Assembly (NCBI RefSeq): GCF_003044035.1
Contig: NZ_NVQC01000023.1
Span: forward strand, 109,301 to 141,300
DNA length: 32,000 nt
Reading direction: 5' to 3'
From: Candidatus Methylomirabilis limnetica
GTDB lineage: Bacteria > Methylomirabilota > Methylomirabilia > Methylomirabilales > Methylomirabilaceae
Shown here: piece by piece, positions 1-8,701 of the stretch
How positions within the stretch are numbered: the stretch's first letter is position 1
Layout of the letters: the number at the start of each line of letters is the position of its first letter
Program-made: the position numbers and the translations under genes
The notes under the pieces: generated by a model
Seen by the model: only the letters and a program-made list of their open reading frames with translations
The model's database searches: none
What the model was told of the DNA's origin: nothing

Positions 1-1030
1 GGCGGTTCTTCTCCAGTATGGCGTAATGGGTTGAATCCCCAATGTCCAAGCGCCGCTTGGATGGCGCCGATGTGAGCTTCTGGAGGAGCTCTTCAGCGGC
101 CTCGTTGCTTATCAACTCTTCGGCGCTCCCTCGAACGATCATGGTCGGTGCCTTGATCCTCGCTGGATCGAACAACGATCGGCCCGCGTGGATTTCGTGC
201 CAATCGATGTACGGGCCGTTGGGAACCTGGATCGATTCCGGAGTGCGTTGTTTGGCTGTGGGGTCGGAGTTCAAGAGTGTGCTGATCCAAGCATCAATGA
301 CCTCCCTGTCTCGCCAGTCATCCTGGAGTTCCGCCTTGATCCATCCATCCCACTGCTCAAGCATTGCCTTCCGAGATAGATAGCGATAGGCCCCCATTTC
401 AAAATGCGGTCGATCGGTGTTGGTCGGGTCGCCGAACGTACTGACGAAGGTAGAATTCTTCCCATAAATCGCCCCGTACATCACCAGTTTATTCACCTTT
501 TCCGGATGCATCGTCGCATACAGGGCGGACCAGGAAGCGCCAATAGAGTGTCCGATGATGTTGACTTTATCCACCTTTCGCTTGGAACGGATGTAATCGA
601 CGGCAACATCAATATCCCGCATCACCTGATCCGCTCGAACCAGGGGAAGGTTCTGTTCCGGAGATTCCTTCATTTCCGGTGGCCTGGTCGAGCGTCCGAA
701 TCCCCTGATATCCACGGTAAAAGCGTCAAAGCCGCGTTCGGCCACATACTCCAACCAGGAATATCCGGGAAGCGCAAGGTCAAAAATGACTGAGCCAGGG
801 CCTGGAAGACCATGGACGAACAGGACCACATTCTCTTTGGTAATCTTTGGCAAGTTCGAGAGCCGCTTCTCTCGAACGAACAGTTTGACCCCCTGATCCC
901 TGCCCTGCACCAAAAATTCCTCCTTGACGATGGCGTTCTCCTGCTCCGCCGCACCCACTGCAGAAGCGCTTATCGCGACAACCGCTAACGCCACTCGACA
1001 CATCCTGCCGATTCGCAACCAGTGATCCAT
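1..1030 (-). CDS. Secreted alpha/beta-fold hydrolase, 3' end truncated by the left window edge (absent from the supplied ORF track)
   Basis: Hand translation of the reverse strand from the ATG at 1030-1028 (GGAGAAAGGAGAG upstream) stays open to position 1. It reads MDHWLRIGRMCRVALAVVAISASAVGAAEQ (signal-like) ..VLFVHGLPGPGS.. NIIGHSIGAS (GxSxG nucleophile elbow) ..GDSTHYAILEKN. The track ORFs at 42-1001 are short, mutually overlapping and in other frames. Confidence 0.7.
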   Translation of the reverse strand, partial: MDHWLRIGRMCRVALAVVAISASAVGAAEQENAIVKEEFLVQGRDQGVKLFVREKRLSNLPKITKENVVLFVHGLPGPGSVIFDLALPGYSWLEYVAERGFDAFTVDIRGFGRSTRPPEMKESPEQNLPLVRADQVMRDIDVAVDYIRSKRKVDKVNIIGHSIGASWSALYATMHPEKVNKLVMYGAIYGKNSTFVSTFGDPTNTDRPHFEMGAYRYLSRKAMLEQWDGWIKAELQDDWRDREVIDAWISTLLNSDPTAKQRTPESIQVPNGPYIDWHEIHAGRSLFDPARIKAPTMIVRGSAEELISNEAAEELLQKLTSAPSKRRLDIGDSTHYAILEKNR

Positions 1031-1132
1031 CCTGCTCTCCTTTCTCCGCATATTCTATCGAAGCACCAATGTCTTATCTATTGAAGGCCCATCATTATAA
1101 GGCTAGAAGAGGCAGGAGTGTCAACTTCTTTT

Positions 1133-1272
1133 GTAACTACAGGTAGATAGACTGAAGGCTGAAGGCTGTTAGTGGTAGGAACCGAGAAGGTCTTGAACGG
1201 CTCGATTCGTGTCTTGCGAGATATTTATAACCTTCAGTCTTCAGCCTTCAGCCTAAACACCTGGGTAGTTAC
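1133..1272. repeat. MITE/REPIN-like inverted-repeat element, core type A, complete copy (AGATAG end on the left)
   Basis: GTAACTAC-AGGTAGATAGACTGAAGGCTGAAGGC ... GCCTTCAGCCTAAACACCTGGGTAGTTAC. The core matches the copies at 7702, 26248 and 30903. Confidence 0.85.
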
Positions 1273-1329
1273 ACTGATACCAGTGATTGCCATTTGCCTC
1301 TGGGACCTGATTTTCTTATAATACGATCT

Positions 1330-2187
1330 ATGAGTCAGGTAGATGACCTTCGAAGCGTCAGCCGCCAGGTAACCAAAAAGAGCGGCTCGAACTTCTACTA
1401 CTCCTTTCTCTTCCTCCCAAAGCCAAAACGCGAGGCGATGTACGCCGTCTACGCCTTCTGTCGGTTGAGCGACGATCTGGTGGATGAGTCAAAGGCTGGA
1501 GGCGATCCCTCGGCCGCGCTGACCCGATGGAGAAAAGCGCTCGATACCTACTTTCAGGACGGCGTTGGGCCCCCTGTCATCATGGCTGTTGGCCAAGCCG
1601 CGTGCCGGTTCAATATCCCAAAGGTCTACTTCGAGGAGCTGCTCAATGGCATGGAGATGGATCTCACGCGCGCCAGATATGCGACGCTTGACGAACTCTA
1701 CCCGTACTGCTACCGCGTGGCGTCGATTGTAGGCCTCATCTGCATCGAAATCTTTGGCTACACCAATCCGCAGACAAAGACGTACGCCGAACAACTGGGC
1801 ATTGCCTTTCAACTGACCAACATTATTCGGGATGTGGGTGTTGATGCACAACGAGGACGGATCTACCTTCCGCAGGATGAGTTGAAGCAGTTTGGATATT
1901 CTGAAGAAGAGCTGCTGGCCGGACGATACAACCGCGCCTTCATGGAGCTGATGCAGTTTCAGTGTGAGCGAGCCCGAGGCTTTTTTCACGCAGCCTCAGC
2001 CGCGTTGTCGGCAGAGGATGAGCGGTCGCTGCTGGCCGCAGAGATCATGCGGGCTATTTACTACCGCCTGTTGCTCAGAATCGAAGCGCAACAGTACGAT
2101 GTCTTCCGCGGGGATATCACTCTTGGTAAACCCCGGAAGCTTTTGTTGGCCGGCGGTCTGTGGCTCCGATCGATACTGCGCTTTTAG
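1330..2187 (+). CDS. Squalene/phytoene synthase family protein (HpnD/CrtB-like)
   Basis: Motifs SNFYYSFLFLP..REAMYAVYAFCRLSDDLVDE (first Asp-rich motif) and FQLTNIIRDVGVDAQRGRIYLP (second Asp-rich motif). The ATG at 1330 is preferred over the TTG at 1294 used by the track. Confidence 0.85.
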   Translation: MSQVDDLRSVSRQVTKKSGSNFYYSFLFLPKPKREAMYAVYAFCRLSDDLVDESKAGGDPSAALTRWRKALDTYFQDGVGPPVIMAVGQAACRFNIPKVYFEELLNGMEMDLTRARYATLDELYPYCYRVASIVGLICIEIFGYTNPQTKTYAEQLGIAFQLTNIIRDVGVDAQRGRIYLPQDELKQFGYSEEELLAGRYNRAFMELMQFQCERARGFFHAASAALSAEDERSLLAAEIMRAIYYRLLLRIEAQQYDVFRGDITLGKPRKLLLAGGLWLRSILRF

Positions 2188-2219
2188 TGTAATGTCCCCT
2201 GAGTCTCTTTGCTTTGATT

Positions 2220-2340
2220 GTCATTCCGGGCTTGATAAGCCTGCCCCGTACTTGATACGGGGGGAATCCAGTCGGGCCCTATGGATACCGGCTTCCGCCG
2301 GTATGACGAACTCGCGGCAAGCCTCGGGGAATGAACCCCC
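2220..2340 (+). repeat. Hairpin-rich repeat family R2, copy a
   Basis: GTCATTCCGGGCTTGA..GGAATCCAG..GGATACCGGCTTCCGCCGGTATGACGAACTCGCGGCAAGCC..GGGGAATGAACCCC recurs at 10237, 28457 (reverse complement) and 30065 (reverse complement). It translates to the artefact peptide ALWIPASAGMTNSRQ in ORF 1964-2362. Confidence 0.75.
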
Positions 2341-2344
2341 AGTG

Positions 2345-2433
2345 GATTCAAGATCTTTCTGAAGTTTTGCGTGATCACGCATGACTTACACCTAACAGCC
2401 TTCAGTCTTCAGCCTATCTACCCGAGTAGTTAC
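2345..2433. repeat. MITE-like element, right half only (core A plus AGATAG end), fused to R2 copy a
   Basis: GATTCAAGATCTTTCTGAAGTTTTGCGTGATCACGCATGACTTACACCTAACAGCCTTCAGTCTTCAGCCTATCTACCCGAGTAGTTAC. It aligns to the right halves of the 7702 and 30903 copies. Confidence 0.75.
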
Positions 2434-2473
2434 GCTGAAACATCTACACGGCAGAGACGGGGTCACGTCCTGA

Positions 2474-3070
2474 TTAGCGACCCTTACCGTGGTGGTCAAT
2501 CCCAATGTGGGCTTTGATGAACTTGACGATCCGCGCCTCGTCAAACTCATCAAACTTGTCGATCCTGCCCCATGCCGTCAGCGCAATCTTTCGATCCAGT
2601 CCGGTGTATGGCGCAAGGATAACGTGATCGTACCGCTCGGCAATCGCGGTGAGCTGTTTGATCAGGTCAGGGCAATCCTGACAGAAGTAGTTGATCGCCA
2701 CGCCGCCATCTTCGAGATTGTGAACCTGCATCTCCTTCGGGACCGGTTCGCTGTGAACGCCCCATTTTGCCACCCCGGCAGCATGAGGTCCAGAGGTTGG
2801 TGGATCGCTATTGTACGGCGGATGAGGGGTACCGAGGGCAACGTGGGGGCTCGGCAGGGTCGCAACGGAGGTCCAGCTCACCTTCTCCGTCATCTTGCCG
2901 TAACCCCAATAGGCGGCAACCATCAGAACGACCGCAATGGCGGAATAGAGCCCGATCTGCCCCATAACCCCCTGACGTCGCTTCGCTCTTTCCGCCTCAG
3001 CACGTTCCTGCTTTGCCTTTTGGTTAGCCTCTTTCTTGATTTGCGATTTCGCGATCTGCGGCTTTGCCAT
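2474..3070 (-). CDS. DUF3105-like membrane-anchored protein
   Basis: Lys/Glu-rich N-terminus, one TM helix (LYSAIAVVLMVAAYWGY), then PPTSGPH and HNLEDGGVAINY motifs that I associate with DUF3105. Confidence 0.7.
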   Translation of the reverse strand: MAKPQIAKSQIKKEANQKAKQERAEAERAKRRQGVMGQIGLYSAIAVVLMVAAYWGYGKMTEKVSWTSVATLPSPHVALGTPHPPYNSDPPTSGPHAAGVAKWGVHSEPVPKEMQVHNLEDGGVAINYFCQDCPDLIKQLTAIAERYDHVILAPYTGLDRKIALTAWGRIDKFDEFDEARIVKFIKAHIGIDHHGKGR

Positions 3071-3118
3071 CCACCCCCCTTTAATATTATCGCTGTGAGA
3101 CCGGCCTTGAACGCCAGG

Positions 3119-4003
3119 CTATTTGCTTCCTCCACTCTTCCGACGGTTGCCGACACCCTTACGCTCGACCGGCTGCGGCGTTTCTGGAGTGGCGACCAGT
3201 GTAAGCACCTCGCTAGCCGCCTCCTCGATCGATTTGCAGCTCATATCGATGACCGGCCAGCCCGCCTTGCGGAAGAGTGACCGGCTGTATGAAAGCTCAG
3301 CGCGCACATCCTCCACCTTCGCGTAGGCTTCAGCCGCAGGCGCAAGCTTGCGCTCGAGTCTGTCCCGCCGCAGATCCACCAGCCGTTCCACCCCCACAAT
3401 GAGCCCAACGATTCGGCCCTGATCGATCGTCATCAACCGGCCTGGCAGCGGAAGATGTAAGATCACGGGGACGTTCGCAACTCGCCACCCCTTTCCCGCC
3501 AGGTAGAGGCTCAACGGAGTCTTGGAGGTTCGTGAGACGCCGACGAAGACGATCTCGGCGCGGTCTAGGCCAAGCGGGTCCTGGCCGTCGTCGTGCTTGA
3601 AAGTATATTCGATAGCCTCGATTCGTTGGAGGGACTCCTGCCCTAGTTGTCGGAATAGACCGGGCTGCACAAGCGGGGGCATACACAACTGGTTGCTCAG
3701 GCGAAGCAGCAGCGGCCCGATCAGGTCGATGGTCTCTACCCCTCGCTCCCGTCCCTCCCGTAACAGGACATGCCTAAGCTCCTCTGACACCAGGGTATGC
3801 ACAATGATCCCTTTGTTCGCTTGGGCAGTCTCAATCGCACGTCGCACCTCACCCACCGTCCGGATATTGGGAAGACGGCAGATCTCCACCTCTGCCACCT
3901 GAAACTGAGCCAGCGCGGCACGGACAACCAGTTCCGCGGTGGCGCCGGTGGCGTCGGAAACGATAAAGATCTGATAACGGCCTCCGGATGAGGAGCGGTT
4001 CAT
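3119..4003 (-). CDS. ppsR: Pyruvate, water dikinase regulatory protein (bifunctional kinase/pyrophosphorylase, DUF299)
   Basis: IFIVSDATGATAE near the N-terminus and the P-loop VGVSRTSKTPLSLYLA. Size (294 aa) is typical for the family. Confidence 0.85.
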   Translation of the reverse strand: MNRSSSGGRYQIFIVSDATGATAELVVRAALAQFQVAEVEICRLPNIRTVGEVRRAIETAQANKGIIVHTLVSEELRHVLLREGRERGVETIDLIGPLLLRLSNQLCMPPLVQPGLFRQLGQESLQRIEAIEYTFKHDDGQDPLGLDRAEIVFVGVSRTSKTPLSLYLAGKGWRVANVPVILHLPLPGRLMTIDQGRIVGLIVGVERLVDLRRDRLERKLAPAAEAYAKVEDVRAELSYSRSLFRKAGWPVIDMSCKSIEEAASEVLTLVATPETPQPVERKGVGNRRKSGGSK

Positions 4004-4023
4004 AGCGGCTATCCTATCATCCC

Positions 4024-4189
4024 GTAACTACTCAGGTAGATAGACTGTAGGCTTTTAGACTGTAGGAACGCACCATGCGAGACCATACCAAGCCGAGAGC
4101 GCGTGAACTGGCCGACGAAGCGCCCTGATTCGGTCCGTGCGCAACTACTAACAGCCTTCAGCCTACAGCCTAAACACCTGAGTAGTTGC
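4024..4189. repeat. MITE-like element, core type B, complete copy (AGATAG end on the left)
   Basis: GTAACTACTCAGGTAGATAGACTGTAGGC ... GCCTACAGCCTAAACACCTGAGTAGTTGC. Flanked by ATCATCCC (4016-4023) and CTCATCCC (4190-4197). Confidence 0.85.
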
Positions 4190-4199
4190 CTCATCCCCA

Positions 4200-4649
4200 T
4201 TACAGTTCGAGGAGGACCGCCACTTCGTCGCAGCGGTACAACTTGCTGCAATTGAGGCAATCCTTCCACACCTTCTCTGGCAGTGTCAACTTGTCAACTA
4301 CGTGAAATCCAAGGCGCTCAAAGAAAGTCGGCTTATAGGTCAGGGCAAAGACTCGCCTCATCGGGAGGTCTTTCGCTGTGGCGATGCAGGCCTCGGTCAC
4401 TGCCCGACCGATCCCCTTCCCCTGGTACTCCGGCCAGACGGCCAGCGATCGAACCTCAGCCAGGTCTGCCCCGTAAACGAAGAGCGAGCACACTCCGGCA
4501 ATTAGCCCGTCCTGCTCAAAGACCTGAAAATCGCCGACCCGATCGTAGAGCTCCTGCGGCGCCAGTGGTAACAGTTCGCCCTTGCCGGCGTAGGCATTCA
4601 CCAAGCGCGCAATTGCCGGAACATCGGTCGTCTTCGCCTTCCTGACCAT
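4200..4649 (-). CDS. GNAT N-acetyltransferase (short ArgA/N-acetylglutamate-synthase-like)
   Basis: Acetyl-CoA motif VWPEYQGKGIGRAV. The C-terminal KVWKDCLNCSKLYRCDE Cys cluster is typical of short ArgA-like GNATs. Confidence 0.8.
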   Translation of the reverse strand: MVRKAKTTDVPAIARLVNAYAGKGELLPLAPQELYDRVGDFQVFEQDGLIAGVCSLFVYGADLAEVRSLAVWPEYQGKGIGRAVTEACIATAKDLPMRRVFALTYKPTFFERLGFHVVDKLTLPEKVWKDCLNCSKLYRCDEVAVLLEL

Positions 4650-4879
4650 GCGCTACTTCACCTGTCTGCGTGCGACTTGTCTTCGTGCGGCGCGCTGGCA
4701 TGGGTGCGGTCCGCCGCTATCGCCCCCTCACCGTATGATCCATCGATCCTTAGAACGGCATTCGCCACTACGCTCCTACTATCCTCGCCATTGTGAGGCG
4801 CACCCCGAATCTGAAAAGGTATTATTTGCCCGCTAGCGGAAACTGTCAAGGGAACTCTTAGACGGCAGATCCAACAGCT

Positions 4880-5290
4880 TTACTCACGAGGCCCTCGCCC
4901 CTCTCCCACCTTTTTTCCGGCCTTCGCGTGGAAGCGTGTGAGGTCAACAATGACCCGCTCGTGCTGACACTCGGCAATCTTCTCCACCTCGTCGAAGGCC
5001 TCGATCCGGAAAGTGAGACGCCGTCCATCAATCTGCGTCAGTGTCGCCACCACCTTCACCATAAGCCCGATCGGGGTTGGCGCCAGGTGCGTCATCTTTA
5101 TGATGCTGCCGACTGTGCCCTGCCCATCCGACAGATGCGGCTGCACGCTGGCTGTCGCCACCTCCTCCATCCACTCGACCACAACCGGCGTGGTAAGCAC
5201 ATGGACCAACGGGTTGCCATGCCGGTCGGCCGCCTCGGCCCCGGTCACCCTCCAGGCCCTCTCACACGTCATCCCTTCATGCAGGCTCAT
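4880..5290 (-). CDS. Hotdog-fold thioesterase family protein
   Basis: About 136 aa with a hotdog-like pattern (LTTPVVVEWMEEVA..GTVGSIIKMTHLAPTPIG..). The ATG at 5290 follows GGGAGGAG; the track start at 5314 is 8 codons upstream. Confidence 0.65.
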   Translation of the reverse strand: MSLHEGMTCERAWRVTGAEAADRHGNPLVHVLTTPVVVEWMEEVATASVQPHLSDGQGTVGSIIKMTHLAPTPIGLMVKVVATLTQIDGRRLTFRIEAFDEVEKIAECQHERVIVDLTRFHAKAGKKVGEGRGPRE

Positions 5291-5336
5291 CGACTCCTCC
5301 CATCTCGGGCGCATTGTGCCGGTTGTCTCTGGACGC

Positions 5337-5504
5337 GTAACTACTCAGGTGTTTAGGCTGTAGGCTGAAGGCTGTTAGTCTTTGCGCATGGACCGAATCA
5401 AGGCGCACTTCGTCGGCCAGTTCAAACGCTCTGAGCTTGGCATGGTCTCGCATGGCGCGTTCCTACAGTCTAAAAGCCTACAGTCTATCTACCTGAGTAG
5501 TTAC
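5337..5504. repeat. MITE-like element, core type B, complete copy, inverted relative to 4024-4189
   Basis: GTAACTACTCAGGTGTTTAGGCTGTAGGCTGAAGGC ... CTACAGTCTATCTACCTGAGTAGTTAC. The core is the reverse complement of the 4024 copy at roughly 85-90% identity by eye. Flanked by CTGGACGC and TTGGGCGC. Confidence 0.85.
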
Positions 5505-5520
5505 TTGGGCGCAATAATAC

Positions 5521-5549
5521 TTGACAGGCTCAGGAAGAGTGACTAGATT
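5521..5549 (+). promoter_or_regulatory. Putative sigma70-type promoter for the APC permease/trkA region
   Basis: TTGACA (5521-5526), a 17-nt spacer, then TAGATT (5544-5549), preceded by AT-rich GCAATAATAC. It lies about 180 nt upstream of the CDS. Confidence 0.4.
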
Positions 5550-5732
5550 GAGCCGGTTTTGCTGAACTCCATACCCTGCGTGCTCCATGCTATCACACGA
5601 ACATGCCTGTGAGAGCGAAGGTCTTCATTGCGCCCGCCAACTTGACGAAATACGCTGACCGGGATAGCATCCTAACAGGCGTGCTGGCGCCAAGGTGACC
5701 AACGAGCCTCGCTGATCCGAGCATACTGTACC

Positions 5733-7685
5733 GTGAGGCAATCTGTGCCTACAATCGAGGAAGAGAGCGGAACGACCGTCTTGCGGCGAACCGCCGAACA
5801 CCAGCCGCCTCGCTCGTGGCGAAGTTGGCTGATCGGGCGTCCACTCCGGACCGCCGATGCCCCTGATCAGGCCATCGGAAAGACGGTCGGCTTGGCCGTC
5901 TTCGCCTCCGACGCGCTGTCATCGACCGCATACGCGACCGATGAGATTCTGTTCGTCCTGGCCGCCGCTGGAACCGCCGCACTCGTCTACGCCCTTCCGA
6001 TCTCGCTGGCCATAGTGGCACTGCTGGCCATTGTCACGCTCTCGTATTTGCAGACGATACATGCCTATCCAGGAGGCGGCGGAGCCTACATTGTGGCTCG
6101 TGACAACCTGGGAGGATTCCCATCCAAGATCGCCGGCGCGTCGCTGCTTACCGACTATATCCTCACCGTGGCCGTTTCAGTCGCTTCGGGCGTGGCCCAA
6201 CTAACCTCAGCGTATCCGTCAATTTTTCCCTACCGAGTGCCGTTAGCCATCGGGATGGTGCTGGTCATGATGGTCGTCAACCTGCGCGGCGTCAAAGAAT
6301 CCGGCGCGATTCTCGCTATACCCAGCTATTTCTTCTTGGCTATGATGCTTCTGACCATAGGCAGCGGCCTCAGTCAGTACATGATGGGGAGCCTCCATAC
6401 CGTAGTGAACCCGCCGCAGGGAAGGGAACATGTCGCGCAATCGATCTCACTCTTCCTGATTCTCCATGCCTTTTCCAATGGCACTACAGCCCTGACCGGG
6501 GTGGAGGCTATCTCTAACGGGGTCCCTGCGTTTAAGGAGCCACGTAGCCGCAATGCAGGCATCACGCTGATCTGGATGTCTGCCATTCTGGGCACGCTGT
6601 TCCTGGGCGTTACCTTCCTGGCCGGCAAAATGGGCGCGACGCCTTCGGAGACAGAAACGGTGATCTCGCAACTGGCGCGTACGGCCCATGAGGGACGGGG
6701 CTACCTGTACATCTTCACCATCGCCGCCACAACCCTTATCCTGATCATGGCGGCCAATACGGCCTATGCCGGATTCCCGCGGTTGAGCGCCCTGCTGGCG
6801 GCGGATGGCTTTTTGCCCCGGCCGCTCACTTACCGGGGAAGCCGACTCGTCTACTCGCGAGGCATTGTGGCGCTGGCCCTCATCGCCTCACTCCTGATCT
6901 GGCTGTTTCAGGCCAGCGTCAACGCGCTGATCCCGCTCTATGCCATTGGCGTCTTCCTCTCCTTCACGCTTGCCCAGGCCGGCATGGCGCACCGCTGGTG
7001 GAAGGCCGGACATCTCTCGCCAGAGCAGGAAGCCCAAGAGCATGGCTCAATACTCCGTCACGACCCGCGCTGGGCACTAAAGATGGTGATCAACGGCTTT
7101 GGCGCGCTCTGTACGGCCGGGGTCATGCTGATCTTTACCGTCACAAAGTTTCGCGATGGGGCGTGGCTCGTGATCCTGTTGGTGCCGATTCTCGTGGCGA
7201 TATTCTCTGCCATCCATTCCCATTACCGGGACTTGGCCGCCCACCTTTCATTGGAACAGTATGGTGGGCCGCCTCGAATCTCGCGTCAGCGTGTGATCCT
7301 GGCGATTAGTGGTGTGCATCGCGGGACGCTGGCGGCGCTCCGCTATGCCCGAACATTGTCCGACGATATTACGGCCGTGCATATCTGCACCGACCCCGTC
7401 GAGGCCGAGACGCTGAATCGGAAATGGGAATCGTGGGGCGATGGAATCCGCCTGGTCGTACTTGATTCCCCTTACCGGTTGTTCCTGGAACCCTTATTGG
7501 GGTATATCGAGGAGATTGCCGCACGGCGCCAGCCGAACGAGATTATCACCATCGTCGTGCCGCAGTTTGTCCCCCGCCACTGGTGGCACAACCTCCTACA
7601 CAACCAGACCGCGATGCTGCTCAGACTAATGCTGTTGTTCAAGCCAGGGATCGTGATTATTGACGTACCCTATCAGATAGAGTAA
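5733..7685 (+). CDS. APC-superfamily permease with a C-terminal cytosolic domain (KimA-like, possible K+ transporter)
   Basis: About 12 predicted TM helices (GLAVFASDALSSTAYATDEILFVL ...) and a soluble tail of about 150 aa. The start is uncertain: GTG at 5733 (track), or GTG at 5745 preceded by GAGG. Two trkA-like genes lie immediately downstream. Confidence 0.8.
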   Translation: MRQSVPTIEEESGTTVLRRTAEHQPPRSWRSWLIGRPLRTADAPDQAIGKTVGLAVFASDALSSTAYATDEILFVLAAAGTAALVYALPISLAIVALLAIVTLSYLQTIHAYPGGGGAYIVARDNLGGFPSKIAGASLLTDYILTVAVSVASGVAQLTSAYPSIFPYRVPLAIGMVLVMMVVNLRGVKESGAILAIPSYFFLAMMLLTIGSGLSQYMMGSLHTVVNPPQGREHVAQSISLFLILHAFSNGTTALTGVEAISNGVPAFKEPRSRNAGITLIWMSAILGTLFLGVTFLAGKMGATPSETETVISQLARTAHEGRGYLYIFTIAATTLILIMAANTAYAGFPRLSALLAADGFLPRPLTYRGSRLVYSRGIVALALIASLLIWLFQASVNALIPLYAIGVFLSFTLAQAGMAHRWWKAGHLSPEQEAQEHGSILRHDPRWALKMVINGFGALCTAGVMLIFTVTKFRDGAWLVILLVPILVAIFSAIHSHYRDLAAHLSLEQYGGPPRISRQRVILAISGVHRGTLAALRYARTLSDDITAVHICTDPVEAETLNRKWESWGDGIRLVVLDSPYRLFLEPLLGYIEEIAARRQPNEIITIVVPQFVPRHWWHNLLHNQTAMLLRLMLLFKPGIVIIDVPYQIE

Positions 7686-7701
7686 AAGTAAGCGTTCAGC
7701 A

Positions 7702-7878
7702 GTAACTACTCAGCAGTAACTACTCAGGTGTTTAGGCTGAAGGCTGAAGACTGAAGGCTCTGCATTATCTCGCAAGGCACGAATCGAGCCATTCAAGATC
7801 TTTTCGGAGTTTTGTATGATCACGCATGACTTACTTCTAAAAGCCTTCAGCCTTCAGCCTATCTACCTGAGTAGTTAC
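7702..7878. repeat. MITE-like element, core type A, complete copy (GTTTAG end on the left) with a 14-bp terminal duplication
   Basis: GTAACTACTCAGCA+GTAACTACTCAGGTGTTTAGGCTGAAGGCTGAAGACTGAAGGC ... GCCTTCAGCCTTCAGCCTATCTACCTGAGTAGTTAC. Perfect 8-bp direct repeats GTTCAGCA at 7694-7701 and 7879-7886. Confidence 0.85.
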
Positions 7879-8015
7879 GTTCAGCAGTCAGCCGTCAGCT
7901 TTCAGCAACAACAAGGAAAGAACGAAAATGGCCGACCATTTCCAAATCAAAAGCTTGGACCTCTGTGGTTAGTTTGCCTCATCTTGCTGACGGCTGAGCG
8001 CTGACCGCTGAATGC
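7879..8015. repeat. Inverted arrays of four heptamers (TCAGC-type) separated by about 80 bp
   Basis: Left arm GTTCAGCaGTCAGCcGTCAGCtTTCAGC (7879-7906). Right arm GCTGACgGCTGAGcGCTGACcGCTGAA (7986-8012). The 7-nt period matches the CTGAAGG heptamers of the MITE arms. Confidence 0.5.
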
Positions 8016-8040
8016 TATTTTCTGAGGAGCAGAACACGCT

Positions 8041-8700
8041 ATGCATATCATTATCGTGGGGTGTGGGCGGGTAGGCACAGAGCTGGCTTATCGGCTATTC
8101 CAGAAGGGACATCAGGTGGCGGTAATCGACCAGGTAGCTGCCTCCCTGAGTAACCTGTCCGCAGAGTTCCGTGGACACACAGTGCAAGGTGAAGCGCTGG
8201 CCGCAGATGTGCTGCGCCGAGCGGGCATTGAGCAAGCCGATGGTCTCGCCGCCGTCACCAACTCCGACTCGCTTAACGCGGTGGTAGCGCACGTGGCGCG
8301 GACCGTCTATCACGTACCCCAGGTCGTCGTCCGCAACTATCATCCGCGCTGGCGAGCTTTACATGAGGCCTTTGGCTTCCAAGTGGTCAGCTCGACCAGT
8401 TGGGGCGCACAACGCATCGAAGAACTGCTATACCCCTCGTTCGCTCGATGCGTATTCTCGGCAGGCAATGGCGAAGTTGAGATCTACGAACTGGTCGTGC
8501 CTGAGGCTTGGTACGGTCGGTCCCTCCAGGATCTCCTTCCCGCAGGCGAGTGTCTGGCCGTGGCGTTGTCCCGCGCAGGCAAGGCCATGCTCCCCTCTTC
8601 TGAGGACCGTCTCGAGGCGGGCGATATTGTACACCTGAGCGCCACCATGGCAGGGATCGACACGTTGCGTAAGCGGCTGCAGACGCCGCAAGGGGGGTAG
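8041..8700 (+). CDS. trkA: TrkA/RCK-domain potassium-transport regulatory protein (TrkA-N plus TrkA-C)
   Basis: Rossmann motif IIIVGCGRVGTELA and a C-terminal TrkA-C-like segment (GDIVHLSAT). Its stop lies 1 nt before the next trkA-like gene. Confidence 0.85.
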   Translation: MHIIIVGCGRVGTELAYRLFQKGHQVAVIDQVAASLSNLSAEFRGHTVQGEALAADVLRRAGIEQADGLAAVTNSDSLNAVVAHVARTVYHVPQVVVRNYHPRWRALHEAFGFQVVSSTSWGAQRIEELLYPSFARCVFSAGNGEVEIYELVVPEAWYGRSLQDLLPAGECLAVALSRAGKAMLPSSEDRLEAGDIVHLSATMAGIDTLRKRLQTPQGG

Positions 8701-8701
8701 C

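Noticed and set aside
1150-1260. Tandem CTGAAGG units here and in the other copies, considered as a possible CRISPR or minisatellite.
   Set aside because: The units are 7 bp, only 2-3 occur per arm, and there are no spacers. They are always part of the inverted arms of the MITE-like element.
5550-5732. Possible c-di-AMP (ydaO/kimA-type) riboswitch in the long leader of the KimA-like permease.
   Set aside because: I could not find the conserved ydaO-motif segments (paired GGGGA..CCCA / GGGGUGAAUCC / CCGAACCCG-type blocks). Only generic GC-rich stems are present. A covariance-model scan is still worthwhile.
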